Shown: positions 10,197 to 21,313, counted from the stretch's first letter. The stretch is DNA of 43,684 nt from Barthelona sp. PAP020 (GCA_040182905.1 JARQWU010000060.1:1-43684); one strand, 5' to 3'. Notes: a model not told the origin generated them from the sequence alone. Numbers and translations: made by a program.

Positions 10197-13148
10197 ATGA
10201 GTGAAACAGATGAAATGGACATCATTAGAAACAACGATTATGAACCCAAGTACGTACAATTATTGAATGAAGTCTTTGAAATATCATTATCAGGTCGTGA
10301 AGATTTTTCACATATTGAGAACGATGATCTATGCTTGAAATCTGATTTAAACTATTATTTCATGACGTTAGACTGTGTGTGTTGTATTGATTGTATTGAA
10401 AAGCATGGAATTGAAACATATGAACCTCCTTTATTTGTTGATTCATTCTGTACCTTTAGCATAGTCGACAAACTCAACAACTATAACAGAAATCAGACAT
10501 TGATTGATGATTTGAATGATAACTTTGAACATGAAATTAATCTTATTGTCACTTCAAATCTGCCCAAACAGTTTCTGTATGTTTTGTTGTATTTTATATC
10601 CGATGATAATCTAAGGCGCATTCTCTCTACCTACGAATTGCTGATCATTTTCAAGGATGTTCTCATAGAATCTTGGATGGTTGATAACATGGCAGTTATT
10701 TTTGAACATTCTTTTGAGACGTTGTTGAACAAATATGGCATTGACAGTGCATATTTTGAAGTTGCAAAGGAGTTGCTGGGTAAGTACTGTTCCAACGATA
10801 TCGTCAGTGTGCTAGTTAAAAAGATCATTGATATATGTGGGGTTTCGTATGAATCGATTGCTGAAAGTTCATTTTCTGAAGCTTTAAAGTTTAGTGATAT
10901 TGATTCCAGTGATTGTTTTGAAGAAAATGAACAGTCAATTGTGTATTTGTTGGGATGTCTGAATCTTGTTGATTTTTCCAAGTGGGACACTTCCCTTGAT
11001 GATTCAGGCAACTGTTTCTGGAAGTTATTGAATCTTTTTGAATTTCAGTACATTTCGTCCACTGAAATTCATTCAAATATTGCCCAATATTTCAAGAAAT
11101 ATGTGAGCTCACACAAAGGTACAGACGATGAGTTGATGGTTTGGATTGTTAGTCAGGTGAATAAATATGAAATTGATGATGTTGAATTTTGTTTGTGCTA
11201 TGAAGTCTTTGAAGGTATCTCTTATGATAATTGGGATTTAATACTGACAAACATCAACGAAACTTCTAACCTAATTAATTTATTCATGAAATCATCCATC
11301 TATTTGAACAGCCATTTTGAAGAATCAAAATATGTTTTTTTAGCCAATTTTATATCTCACACTGAAATTTCTCGACTTCCACTCTTTGTTAGTCCCCTGT
11401 TATCGACTGTTCTTGATGCAAGTAAGAAGGATAATTTGAATAAAATTGTCTTATTCTTTCAAATTTTGTTTACTGTTATTCAACCAAAATTTTGTGAATT
11501 GAAGATGGAAAATTTCAAGTTCTTTTTGAAACAATACCTGAAGACAAATGAATGTTTGATGCATTTAAATGAACTTTTGCATTTGGATTTATTTGATCCT
11601 TTTGGGCAGCCAAATAGACTGGATCCAACCGTAATTTTGAATCCTTCTACATACAAAGCTTTAAAACAAATGATGTTTGATTTGAAAATTCCAATTTCTT
11701 TTGAACTAGACGTTGATTTAGAAATGCTTCAATTCACTCATGAATATGTTATGACCAAGCTTGATTTTTTGTTGAACAACATTGAATCACTTGATGTTGA
11801 AAAAGTCCGTGCCTCAGGAATTGCTTTACTTTTTTTCAAGTATCTTGTTCTCTGTCAAATACATCTTGACAAGTCAAAATTTTTGTTTAACAATGAAGTG
11901 TTGAATGAATTATACGGCCGCATCCAATCAAAAGACCTTGAGGATGAAATTTTTGAAAAGTTGAAAGTTTCCAAAAGTTTGACTTTTTCCTCGAGCAAAA
12001 ATTTGACAAAACTTCCTAATTTTTTGAATATTCCTGAAATTTTGGATTTTTGTGGAAAAAGTATTGAAAACAAGTGTGGGTTTTGTCAGAAGAAATTTAT
12101 TGATTCTCCTTGCATTGTTTATTTTGTTAGTCATGAACCAAATTATTCACATATTATTGGAACCAGTGATATTGTATCAAAGGTTACACCTATCTTTGAG
12201 TTATATCACAATGGATGTGTTATTGAACCGTCTTATTCCAAATTTATCAAACTCAGCAGTAAAAGATATATCATACCATTGTCTGCCCTTCGTTTTAAGG
12301 GATTTAAACGAAATGAATCTTTGAAACATTTGATTTCTGTTATTTTTACTGAGGCTGCAAATCAGTGGTCTGCTGCCATTTTTGAGCAGCCTTCAAAGCA
12401 GATTAAAAGTTTCATGATGATGTTATTCAAGACTATCAATCCTATTACCACTCAAAAACAATCAATTTTGGACGCTTTTATTCTTGACATGAAAGCAGGT
12501 GTCAACAAGGATATACTGTTTTCTAATCTTTTTAGGAGTTTGAAGAGTTTCCAAACGATTCACAAAGTTCAAGTTTTACATGCAATTATGGTGTTTTATT
12601 CCATCTTTTTCGATGAAATATATCCAATTATAAGAACAAATGAAACAGAGATTGAATTTTTGAAGAGAATGTTGGATTATTTTTCTTCCACTTTTTATTC
12701 CTTATCAGAGTGTCCAATGACCTTCAAAGACAGTCTTTTGATTCCTTATTACACTTTTGATGATGAATTTGAAAAGATTTTCAGATTACCTCGTGTATTT
12801 TCTTATCCACAAAATCTTGTTGTTGATCTTCTGTTGAATTTTCAATTTATTAGTTGTTTGAACATCAGCTCTCATCATGAACTGACTAATGATGAGTTTG
12901 TTCGTTTGGGACAAAGTAGTGGAATTTTACCCGACAAAACCTTTTCAACTGGCAGATTCCGATCTACCATAAGATTGCCTGTCTTTTCAGATCCAAATTT
13001 GAAAAATCAAAACACCTGTAATTTTTGCTTGTATGATGAGGCAATGAATATCAAAAAAGATTTATTGGAGAAGCTTTACCATTTACATTTCAGTTTCATG
13101 GTGGAGAGTGATATTGATAGTCTGGCTAATTTTATTGTTTTAGAATAG
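10197..13148 (+). CDS. 983-aa protein, probable highly degenerate UBR1/2-like E3 ligase
   Basis: Long clean ORF. DCVCCIDCIEKH...SFCTF resembles a UBR box; CGFCQ...YHNGC resembles the UBR RING. Confidence 0.5.
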   Translation: MSETDEMDIIRNNDYEPKYVQLLNEVFEISLSGREDFSHIENDDLCLKSDLNYYFMTLDCVCCIDCIEKHGIETYEPPLFVDSFCTFSIVDKLNNYNRNQTLIDDLNDNFEHEINLIVTSNLPKQFLYVLLYFISDDNLRRILSTYELLIIFKDVLIESWMVDNMAVIFEHSFETLLNKYGIDSAYFEVAKELLGKYCSNDIVSVLVKKIIDICGVSYESIAESSFSEALKFSDIDSSDCFEENEQSIVYLLGCLNLVDFSKWDTSLDDSGNCFWKLLNLFEFQYISSTEIHSNIAQYFKKYVSSHKGTDDELMVWIVSQVNKYEIDDVEFCLCYEVFEGISYDNWDLILTNINETSNLINLFMKSSIYLNSHFEESKYVFLANFISHTEISRLPLFVSPLLSTVLDASKKDNLNKIVLFFQILFTVIQPKFCELKMENFKFFLKQYLKTNECLMHLNELLHLDLFDPFGQPNRLDPTVILNPSTYKALKQMMFDLKIPISFELDVDLEMLQFTHEYVMTKLDFLLNNIESLDVEKVRASGIALLFFKYLVLCQIHLDKSKFLFNNEVLNELYGRIQSKDLEDEIFEKLKVSKSLTFSSSKNLTKLPNFLNIPEILDFCGKSIENKCGFCQKKFIDSPCIVYFVSHEPNYSHIIGTSDIVSKVTPIFELYHNGCVIEPSYSKFIKLSSKRYIIPLSALRFKGFKRNESLKHLISVIFTEAANQWSAAIFEQPSKQIKSFMMMLFKTINPITTQKQSILDAFILDMKAGVNKDILFSNLFRSLKSFQTIHKVQVLHAIMVFYSIFFDEIYPIIRTNETEIEFLKRMLDYFSSTFYSLSECPMTFKDSLLIPYYTFDDEFEKIFRLPRVFSYPQNLVVDLLLNFQFISCLNISSHHELTNDEFVRLGQSSGILPDKTFSTGRFRSTIRLPVFSDPNLKNQNTCNFCLYDEAMNIKKDLLEKLYHLHFSFMVESDIDSLANFIVLE

Positions 13149-13470
13149 GCTCTTTGCCTTGTGATGTTTGTGCCTTATTCGTGATTTTAGTTCTGGTTCA
13201 AGAGAGTTTGTGAACATTTGTAAATGTACTTTTTCTTTTTCTTTCTTGATTTTTTAACAATTGTTGCGGTATTATTGGGTGTAATTGGGACCTCCTCCTT
13301 TCTCTTTCAATGTAAAAAAGTGAAGAAGTTGCTTATTTCAAAAAAAAAAAAAATATCCACAAATTTATAAGGTTTAAAGTTTATCAACACCACACAAAAT
13401 TGTACCACATCGAAATTGGAGTTGCTGCTTTCGTATACAAATAACCACTACCGTATTTTATTTATTTACA

Positions 13471-16400
13471 TCATGTCAAAGTGGGTTGCAAATTTACATT
13501 GCTCATTTTGAGCCTGCTATCTCTATTTTTTCTTCTGACAGCTGTGTGTGAAACCACATTGTTTTTAATGTTCTTTCTTTCACGCAAGTTTCTATTCAAA
13601 CCTTTTTCATCTTTGAATTCAACATCATCTTTTAAATTGGCCTCCACATTGTTGTTTGTATTGGATAAAAACACACCTTTCTTTAGTTCAACAGCGTTGG
13701 CGTTGTGAATTGATGAGATGTCATTGGCTAATAGTTTGTTGACTAAAAATGTCATATTTTTCATTTCATTGTGATCAACAAGCATACCATTAATAATTGG
13801 CAAAAATACAGGCAAAGACATTTGTGAGAAACGATTAAACACCTCTTCCAACAGTAAATTATTGGTTGTAAAAGGAACAGCTCTTTGAATCAACGCAGAA
13901 ACCTGTGTCGAATACCATTTTTCAACTGCTTTGTGATGCTTCTTTCTTAAACTCTGATTGTGTTCAATAGAATACTTGATTTCCATGAAAGACAACAACA
14001 ATAAAGAAATCAACTCAATCCAGAGAGAGAACGTGGCCCCGTTGGGAATGTTATCTTCAGGATACTCAGAATGACGAATACAAAACTTGCAAACATCCAT
14101 TAGCTCCACCTCAAAAATAGATAAATTCCGGTAAATGCAGTTAAAAGTTTTCAAAGTTTTCAAATTTTCAAACTTCTTGCTCAGCATCTCAAATCTTAAA
14201 GTTTTAGCTGTTTTAACATCACCCATACGCTCACTCACATAAGCTTGACAATTTACACAATTGTAATTTTGCGAAATGATCAGAACATTCTCGAAATTTT
14301 TCAAAACTTTTGTGACATTGATCAAAAACTCTGAAGATAAGTGGCGGGTGGTTTCACTTTCACACAACAACTGAAACTGAAATTCAACAATTTCAGGTAT
14401 CAACAAAATAGATGTGAGGGAAAGTTCTTTGCAATTAGATGAAAAATGTTTAAATCCCAACGAAGTATCGGGGAAGGTATCTATGGAGGGTAAACTGGGA
14501 ATTTGTTTTGTTGTGTTTAAAAATCTGTAGAGATGGGAATCGTCTCTGGCCTTCTTAAAAAGAATTCTTAATTTATCATTGTCGAACTTTTCCTTTTCTA
14601 AATAACAGTACAAAAGCACTTCTGGAATTTCTTTCACCAGTAACCCTGCCAATGCCCCATTTAGGTGTTTGACAAAGATAGTATCAACATATTCATCAAA
14701 CACATCTAATTTATGTACTAATGTGATATTGTCAAAATTTGTCACAAAGGAGTTGATCATTTGCTTGATGTTTGATGATGAATGATATTTGAAGGTAACA
14801 ACGTTGCTTCTCAATGCAAAGTCAAAAAGCATCAACTCAAACAAGCTTCTATTCTTAACATCATCACATTCATTCAAATGCTTTTCCAAGGTTGAAATAA
14901 GTTCTTGATAGTCAAAAAACATGAAGGGCATATCACTGAGATACTTGGAGTAAATCAAAATACAGTCGCTTATACGATGTTTTGATGCATAAGAGAGAAT
15001 AACTGAACAGTCTTCAACTGAAACACTAGGCTTATTGAGTAAATGTAAAGTGACAAAGACTTCATATGCTATTTTTCCCATCGCTTCATCATCTAACAAT
15101 TCTCGGCAGAGATCTGGATTGTTCCCACTATAACTAGTACATAAAGCAAGCTTGGGATAATTTTCAAGAAGAAAACCAACATAACTAGAGTCTAACATCG
15201 TCATTAAACCACTGATAGGTATGTTGCATAACAAAGCCAGCCTAGTTTGAACAGAATTGAACAAAGGGCATAATTTAGCATCAGGAACCGTATTTCGAAC
15301 CATTACTGTTGTGTCCAGGATTGTTTTAATATTTTTACCAGCATAAAAAGCTTTTAAGAGTGGAATCATCAGGCTATTTGACTTCCAAGCCTTAAGAATT
15401 TCAATAATAAGTGAATTGCGGAATTTCTCGGGAAACTTTTCAAACAAATGGAAATATGAAGCAGGCGCGTCAACATTATTTATCAGTAAATGAGCAACCT
15501 CTTCAGTATATCCAAACTCATCAATAATCTCCAACATATGTTCATTATGCAAAAAAAGAATAATATCTACAACAATTGGAAGGCTATTCTGCTCTATTAG
15601 ATAGGGAAATATTGTGCCAAAAAGGAAACTGGATCTGTTCAAAAGAACAGAGAAATAAGAGACAAAGTAAATTTCATGTGTAGTAGAATCAAGCATCATT
15701 TCTGATGAATAAAGAGGAAAACTAAGGAACTCTTCATGGGTCAATTTGTCTTGCTGTAAACTCTCTCCGGATTTTTCTTCTTCCTTCACACCATCTTGAT
15801 CCATTGCCTTATGTTCAATTTTGTTTGAAAAACTAACTATACTTTCAAAGTGTTTGAAAAGCACAGTTTCCACCAATTTGTCGTATTCTAAAGGAGAAAC
15901 TCGGCTAAATTGATTTATAATAACTCTAGAAGTCTGGCTTTGTAAAGAAATCGTGGAACAAGAATGATCTGCCTCATTAATACTCTTTTCATCAAACTTT
16001 GAACTGTTGTCTTCAATCAAAACCTTCGAATCCTTAATCATCAAACAAGCAGTGTATGCTTCACTCCACTTTTGTGCTTTAACAAATTCTAGAGTTTCCA
16101 TAACCACGTTTGTTATTGACAATCTTTCAATACTTTGGTTTTTGTAAAGAATAAAGACATTATCTCCAAAACTGCAGATGTTTTCACCATAACTAATAAT
16201 GCTTGTGCTGGTTGGTGGTTTCATCAAAACTGGAACACGATACTTGGCACGAACAATGCTGTTGAGTTCACATTCGTTACACACTTCAAAATTTACATTA
16301 TCAACAAATAGAATCACGAATTTATCTCCTTCACCTATTCTTTTCAAAACACACAGATTTAAACTGTCTTTAAGAACAGTAGAACAGACAAAACTATTCT

Positions 16401-17919
16401 TTGTATCGTTTATGTTTATTGAATGAAGCTTAGTCAGGCTATACGACTCAATATACTGATTCTCTTGGTTCAACCCAAGGTAATTGCCTAAATTGACAGT
16501 CTTGAAAGTATTGTCAAAAGCAAGAGGTTTTTCTGTGCTTATTTTAAGTATATAAATGCGATAGGGAAACGTCAAGCTCATTTTCAATCCTTCTTCATCT
16601 TTCCACAAGCAGCAACTACAAATGCTCGTTAACAATACATGGTCCTTAAATTTATCAGTGAATTCCTCGTTGAAACAACAATCAACAGGCTGCTCTAACG
16701 GACATACAAAATCAATATTCAAATCACCCTTGATTTTGATTAAACAAAAATGAGAAGAGGTAATAAATGCAATATATTCATCATTAACAGCAAGGCCAAT
16801 ACAAAAGCCAAATCTTTCAGTTGAATAGATGCATTCAACAACCAATTTACGTTTTCCAAACAGAGAAGGCACAAAAGAGCATGTCCATATTGTGCCATTG
16901 GCGGTTTTCAATAGAAAGACCAAATCACCTGATGATGTCATAGGTAATTTAAAAATATCATATATGACAGTTTGAACTGGAAGCTGACAATTACCACACA
17001 CAACATTTGCTCTGAGATCAAAGAGAAGCAATTTTCCCATTCCTCCACTAAACAGTAAATAAGCTGTTGATTTCTGTGGTTTCACGATACAGATAGAAGT
17101 GATTTGTGGAATTTGATTTTCAAACAATTGTTTATACTTTTCAGTTTTGTATGAATAAAGAAAAGCACTGCCTTTAGTTGTCCCAACAACCAGATACTCA
17201 TCAAACGCAGCAATGGCACAAAAATCTTCTGGTTTTACCTTTGGATCATTGTTTTCAGTTATAGGCAATTTAAAAGGTACATCCAACAAGTTACGTGATA
17301 CTGAATCTAAGTCCAGAGTGTGTAAACAATGGTTTTTAGGTTTTGTATAGACATCAGCCTCAAATATCAACTCTTTTGGCTCAACAGTTAAGTCCGGTAT
17401 TTTTTCTTCCAAAACTTTGACCTCTTCTTCGTAGAACTCATCTAATTGTGCTTCCAAATCAAGCACACGATTTTCTTCTAACTTCAGATTAAAACTTGAC
17501 TGACTGTCAACGAAATTCATGTATTCTTCGGTTTCTACATCAGAACATTCAGAAAAAATATCAGATATGTCTGATAACCTCTCAATCTCTTCAATTTCAT
17601 CGTCAGACAGCAATAAGTCATCAATATTCAGCATTGAGGACGCTTCCACATTGGGAATAATATCATCACTTTGTAACAAATCACTGATCACTGAAGAAGT
17701 AACATATTTTGGTGTATTTGTTGTTGTTTCGGAAACAATTTCAGGTTCATCTTCAATAATATCAATTAAATCAAAACTGGTAATCTCTTCATCCTTATTT
17801 TTATGAGAATTGTCAACATTAAGAACTTCAAGCTCATCATCATCAAATAAATCGTTTAATGTGGTAGGAACTTCATAGCGTACAGAACTTCTTTTTGTTT
17901 GGGTTTCATTCTGAGACAT
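13471..17919 (-). CDS. VPS8: Vps8-like CORVET subunit
   Basis: Acidic N-terminus, beta-propeller (AIAAFDEYLVVGTTKG), then alpha-solenoid with Vps8-type motifs (AYVSERMGD, VCKFCIRHS, LWIELI, LLANDI). Confidence 0.7.
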   Translation of the reverse strand: MSQNETQTKRSSVRYEVPTTLNDLFDDDELEVLNVDNSHKNKDEEITSFDLIDIIEDEPEIVSETTTNTPKYVTSSVISDLLQSDDIIPNVEASSMLNIDDLLLSDDEIEEIERLSDISDIFSECSDVETEEYMNFVDSQSSFNLKLEENRVLDLEAQLDEFYEEEVKVLEEKIPDLTVEPKELIFEADVYTKPKNHCLHTLDLDSVSRNLLDVPFKLPITENNDPKVKPEDFCAIAAFDEYLVVGTTKGSAFLYSYKTEKYKQLFENQIPQITSICIVKPQKSTAYLLFSGGMGKLLLFDLRANVVCGNCQLPVQTVIYDIFKLPMTSSGDLVFLLKTANGTIWTCSFVPSLFGKRKLVVECIYSTERFGFCIGLAVNDEYIAFITSSHFCLIKIKGDLNIDFVCPLEQPVDCCFNEEFTDKFKDHVLLTSICSCCLWKDEEGLKMSLTFPYRIYILKISTEKPLAFDNTFKTVNLGNYLGLNQENQYIESYSLTKLHSININDTKNSFVCSTVLKDSLNLCVLKRIGEGDKFVILFVDNVNFEVCNECELNSIVRAKYRVPVLMKPPTSTSIISYGENICSFGDNVFILYKNQSIERLSITNVVMETLEFVKAQKWSEAYTACLMIKDSKVLIEDNSSKFDEKSINEADHSCSTISLQSQTSRVIINQFSRVSPLEYDKLVETVLFKHFESIVSFSNKIEHKAMDQDGVKEEEKSGESLQQDKLTHEEFLSFPLYSSEMMLDSTTHEIYFVSYFSVLLNRSSFLFGTIFPYLIEQNSLPIVVDIILFLHNEHMLEIIDEFGYTEEVAHLLINNVDAPASYFHLFEKFPEKFRNSLIIEILKAWKSNSLMIPLLKAFYAGKNIKTILDTTVMVRNTVPDAKLCPLFNSVQTRLALLCNIPISGLMTMLDSSYVGFLLENYPKLALCTSYSGNNPDLCRELLDDEAMGKIAYEVFVTLHLLNKPSVSVEDCSVILSYASKHRISDCILIYSKYLSDMPFMFFDYQELISTLEKHLNECDDVKNRSLFELMLFDFALRSNVVTFKYHSSSNIKQMINSFVTNFDNITLVHKLDVFDEYVDTIFVKHLNGALAGLLVKEIPEVLLYCYLEKEKFDNDKLRILFKKARDDSHLYRFLNTTKQIPSLPSIDTFPDTSLGFKHFSSNCKELSLTSILLIPEIVEFQFQLLCESETTRHLSSEFLINVTKVLKNFENVLIISQNYNCVNCQAYVSERMGDVKTAKTLRFEMLSKKFENLKTLKTFNCIYRNLSIFEVELMDVCKFCIRHSEYPEDNIPNGATFSLWIELISLLLLSFMEIKYSIEHNQSLRKKHHKAVEKWYSTQVSALIQRAVPFTTNNLLLEEVFNRFSQMSLPVFLPIINGMLVDHNEMKNMTFLVNKLLANDISSIHNANAVELKKGVFLSNTNNNVEANLKDDVEFKDEKGLNRNLRERKNIKNNVVSHTAVRRKNRDSRLKMSNVNLQPTLT

Positions 17920-17987
17920 TTTCCATGGACATAAAAAATGAGTTTGTCTTTCTTTTAATATTGTGATATATTTTTCGGTTTTTATTG

Positions 17988-18707
17988 ATGGAAAGAGGTT
18001 TAAGTTCTAATTTACACAATGTGAGTATTTTTCAAGGCAATTTATGGGAGGATTTGGCTTTGCCATATTTTTGGGATGTAATTTGGATTATTACAAATCC
18101 CGCAGCCTTTTTTCGTTCAACAGCTGTTGTCAATAAGGAAACAAGAAACAGATGGCACAGGGGAAATTATTCTTTCTACATTTTTGAAGCTGTATTGATA
18201 GGATTAATTGCTATTGGTTGGACAATTGCAACAAAATTTTCGTTATTGAATGCTATTTTTGTGGGTGTTATCTGCAGTGGTTTTGTATATATTGGTTTTG
18301 GAATTTTGTTGAGTATCGTTTTGTCAACTGTAATTAACACTTATTTTTTGAAGCCACAACAAGGATTTGCTTCTAAACAACAATTTTCTAAAATATTTGC
18401 GTTTGATTTACATAGCAACGCATTTATTGCCATTCTTTTGGATATTGGTTTAGGATCATTAATTTTCTTACCATTAATCGGGAACTATAATATTTTGGGA
18501 AGGTTTTTAGCCAATGGTTTATATTTTGGAGCAATTTTCCATTATTTTTACATATACACTGAATTTTTGAAGATCATTCCTTTTATCGCTTTAAACATTC
18601 ATCGCTGTAGACAGGTAGTTTTGTTGGTTGCTGCATTTTTGTCATTGCTGATTACTTTATCTGGTGGGAACATGGTTCTTGCCGTTGCAAGTATAATATT
18701 ACCATAG
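17988..18707 (+). CDS. UNC50: UNC-50/Gmh1 family Golgi membrane protein
   Basis: KETRNRWHR and AFDLHSNAF signature motifs with multiple TM helices. ATG at 17988. Confidence 0.85.
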   Translation: MERGLSSNLHNVSIFQGNLWEDLALPYFWDVIWIITNPAAFFRSTAVVNKETRNRWHRGNYSFYIFEAVLIGLIAIGWTIATKFSLLNAIFVGVICSGFVYIGFGILLSIVLSTVINTYFLKPQQGFASKQQFSKIFAFDLHSNAFIAILLDIGLGSLIFLPLIGNYNILGRFLANGLYFGAIFHYFYIYTEFLKIIPFIALNIHRCRQVVLLVAAFLSLLITLSGGNMVLAVASIILP

Positions 18708-18803
18708 TTGTCTTTTCTAATACTGATTCTACTGAGTTGTAACTGTATTTGAGATTGCTGTCAAGCAATAAATTGTGATTATTTTTTTTTTTGCAATTAA
18801 AAA

Positions 18804-20075
18804 ATGAAGTTAAGAATCCAATCAAGCAGTGGTATTTATCGATTAACTCTTGATGATAATATGAGCATAATGGATTTATTGAAAATGATAGCTGAAAAGG
18901 AAAAGGTGTTTTGGACTGCCATTAAACTCTCTGATAAAAATATTTCACATCACAGTCGAAAAGGAATATTAGATTCTCCTATTTCCAGATATTTTAAACA
19001 CAATGAACGAATTGTTGTTGAAAATCTAACTGTAGAATCACATGAAAATCAAATGAACAATAAATTAACAACTTGGAATTTACAAGATATTCCATCTACT
19101 TCACCATTACTGAAACCAAGAGAAGAAGAGCCTGAAATTCCAGAAATTGATGACAGTTGGTCAAAACAACAATTGCATAATCGTCACTGGTGTCCTCATA
19201 AACGCATGTATGGTATATGTGCGATTTGTTTACAGGACGAAGAAAGAAAGATACCAAGAATCAAGGGTCAGAAAAAGCTTTCTTGTGTTGGTTGTTCAGT
19301 AGACACTGAAGCAATGAATATGTTCAGTTCTCTTGCAATTCATAGTGGTTTCAGTCTTCTAACTGGATATTTAATTGGTTATTATGGTCCAAATGGTGCT
19401 GCCATTTGTGAAAGTATATTTTTACCTCAAACAAATGATGTTGATAATGAATTGACATTGATTTCAAGGTTGATGAGGCCTTTTGATTACAAAGTGATTG
19501 GAATTGTCATTGTTGAAAAAGCAGGTATTGATGAAGTTATTTCTTTCGATAATTTAATGAAATCCATTGAGCTGGCCAAAAAGTTTGGAAATAATTTCGT
19601 CACATTAATAGTAAAACCTACGGAAGATAACAACGTTAGTATCAACCCTTATATAATTTCGGATCAAGCTTTGCAATTGATGGATGTTATTGAATTTTCT
19701 GAAGATGAAGAAGAACCCGAAAATGTTATTTCAAACATGGAGGTTTATGTTGAATTGAAATTGACAAACAAAATTCACAAGGGCTTTTTAATTTTACCAA
19801 TTAGAATCAATTCACATGTGGGAAAATTCTATTCTGAGTTCCCAGGTTATAAATCATTTGAAGTGACAGACATTCACCGTAAACTTGCCAATGAAGACGA
19901 TATTGGATTGACATTTGTTGAAAAATTGAAAGACTTGAATTTCCTCATGTTTATTGCCGATAGTTTTGATCCTGAGACAGCATGTACTGCTGCTCTTGAT
20001 GCTTTTGATGGAGAAATTATCAGATGCTCGGCCTTACAAGGACTAATCAGTGACTTCTATCCAAATTATTCTTAA
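18804..20075 (+). CDS. NPL4: NPL4-like p97/Cdc48 cofactor
   Basis: Ubiquitin-like N-terminus (MKLRIQSSSGIYRL), CxH...CxxC zinc motif, MPN-like region (GYLIGYY...CESIFLPQ), EKLKDLNFL. Confidence 0.75.
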   Translation: MKLRIQSSSGIYRLTLDDNMSIMDLLKMIAEKEKVFWTAIKLSDKNISHHSRKGILDSPISRYFKHNERIVVENLTVESHENQMNNKLTTWNLQDIPSTSPLLKPREEEPEIPEIDDSWSKQQLHNRHWCPHKRMYGICAICLQDEERKIPRIKGQKKLSCVGCSVDTEAMNMFSSLAIHSGFSLLTGYLIGYYGPNGAAICESIFLPQTNDVDNELTLISRLMRPFDYKVIGIVIVEKAGIDEVISFDNLMKSIELAKKFGNNFVTLIVKPTEDNNVSINPYIISDQALQLMDVIEFSEDEEEPENVISNMEVYVELKLTNKIHKGFLILPIRINSHVGKFYSEFPGYKSFEVTDIHRKLANEDDIGLTFVEKLKDLNFLMFIADSFDPETACTAALDAFDGEIIRCSALQGLISDFYPNYS

Positions 20076-20182
20076 AGATAAACATTCATTCAATAGCATA
20101 TTATTACATTTCTCTATAATATTTATCAATAGTGTTGGTTGCCTTGAAAGTCATAAATTATAAATTTGATATTTTTTTCACG

Positions 20183-20529
20183 TTATTTTTTCTTCTTGTA
20201 CGAACCTTTTCCAGAACTTTCCCAAATTAGAGACTGGGGAAACTTAGTTGACTAATAAATAACAAACCTTAATCTTTATTCTTTTCAGGGGGTCCAGCCT
20301 TCCTGAAAGGAACCTCTCTTTTTTGAGACCTACTCTTTCATAGGCTTTCGTAGGAGAGCTACGCCCTACGCGGAGTGTGAAATATTGCATTGCTAATTGC
20401 TCAAAAGAGCTTAAAGCTCCGATATTTTAAAAAATTTATCCTAATTGTGCAAGTTTTCATGCATTCACCGTGGTAGGTCAAAAATTTGGGGGTAGGTTAA
20501 GGAAAAGTTCCGTACCTCGAGGGAAAAAG
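20183..20529 (+). repeat. Dispersed structured repeat family A, copy 1 (right end may extend further)
   Basis: About 96% identical (about 15 substitutions) to 43339-43684. Imperfect inverted repeats at 20198-20212 and 20501-20515, with many internal stems. Confidence 0.92.
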
Positions 20530-21313
20530 GAAGAATCGGAAAATTTCGATTCGCCAAAAATAATTGGCTTGTGAACAACCCTCATTTTTTAATTTTAGAA
20601 TAATTCAAGTTTTAACAGGTCACACCACCTTTGAAATCCTTCAATCAAACCAACTATTTTTTCTTTTAATTCAAAAGCTAAATTGGTCCAGTTGTGAAAC
20701 AACTATATTTATTTACAAAGAAAGCAAACTCAGAAAACTCTTTTTAGCAAATTTCAGTCAAAATCCCAGGAGGAGAATTCAGGGATTGAAATGTAATTGG
20801 AACGATCAAGTGGGAGAATTTTGGAGAAATTCTTCATTCCAATTTTTTTTGTATCTTTGCAAAAGCAAAATTTTAAAGTTTAAACTTTTTTTGAAAATAA
20901 AAAATTGAAGAGGTTAACATAGAAATCTTGGTTTTGATCACTCTAAAAGAGATTTGTAGCACATTACATTCATTATTAAATGGCATAACGAAAATTTCAT
21001 GATGAACTCTTCAACATCTAAAACACAACACAACATAGTAATTGCTCTTTTGCTTTTAAAAAATATTGTCTAACAAAGTATTTTCTATGTTTTAGACAAA
21101 GAATCTGAGTTTTGGGGTGAATGAAAGAGGAAGTGTAATGTGAAGTTAATTTTTCTCAAATGAAACATTCTAAGCCCTCTTCAATTCACTCAGTTAGTAA
21201 CAAACCTTTCTCAGAGGTTATATAAAAAAAGAATAAACAACGATTTATATGCAAAGAAAAATTATTCACAAAACATGAATGGCACAAACATGTAACCACA
21301 AAAAAAGACCTTT

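Noticed and set aside
20183..20529. Repeat A as RNase P/MRP, SRP RNA or a hammerhead ribozyme
   Set aside because: GGAAA-type words occur, but I could not place the complementary P4/CR-V, SRP helix-8 or CUGANGA/GAAA cores. An Infernal search is needed.
20564..20908. 114-aa ORF downstream of repeat A
   Set aside because: TTG start, no internal ATG-led protein-like sequence and no transposase or RT motif.
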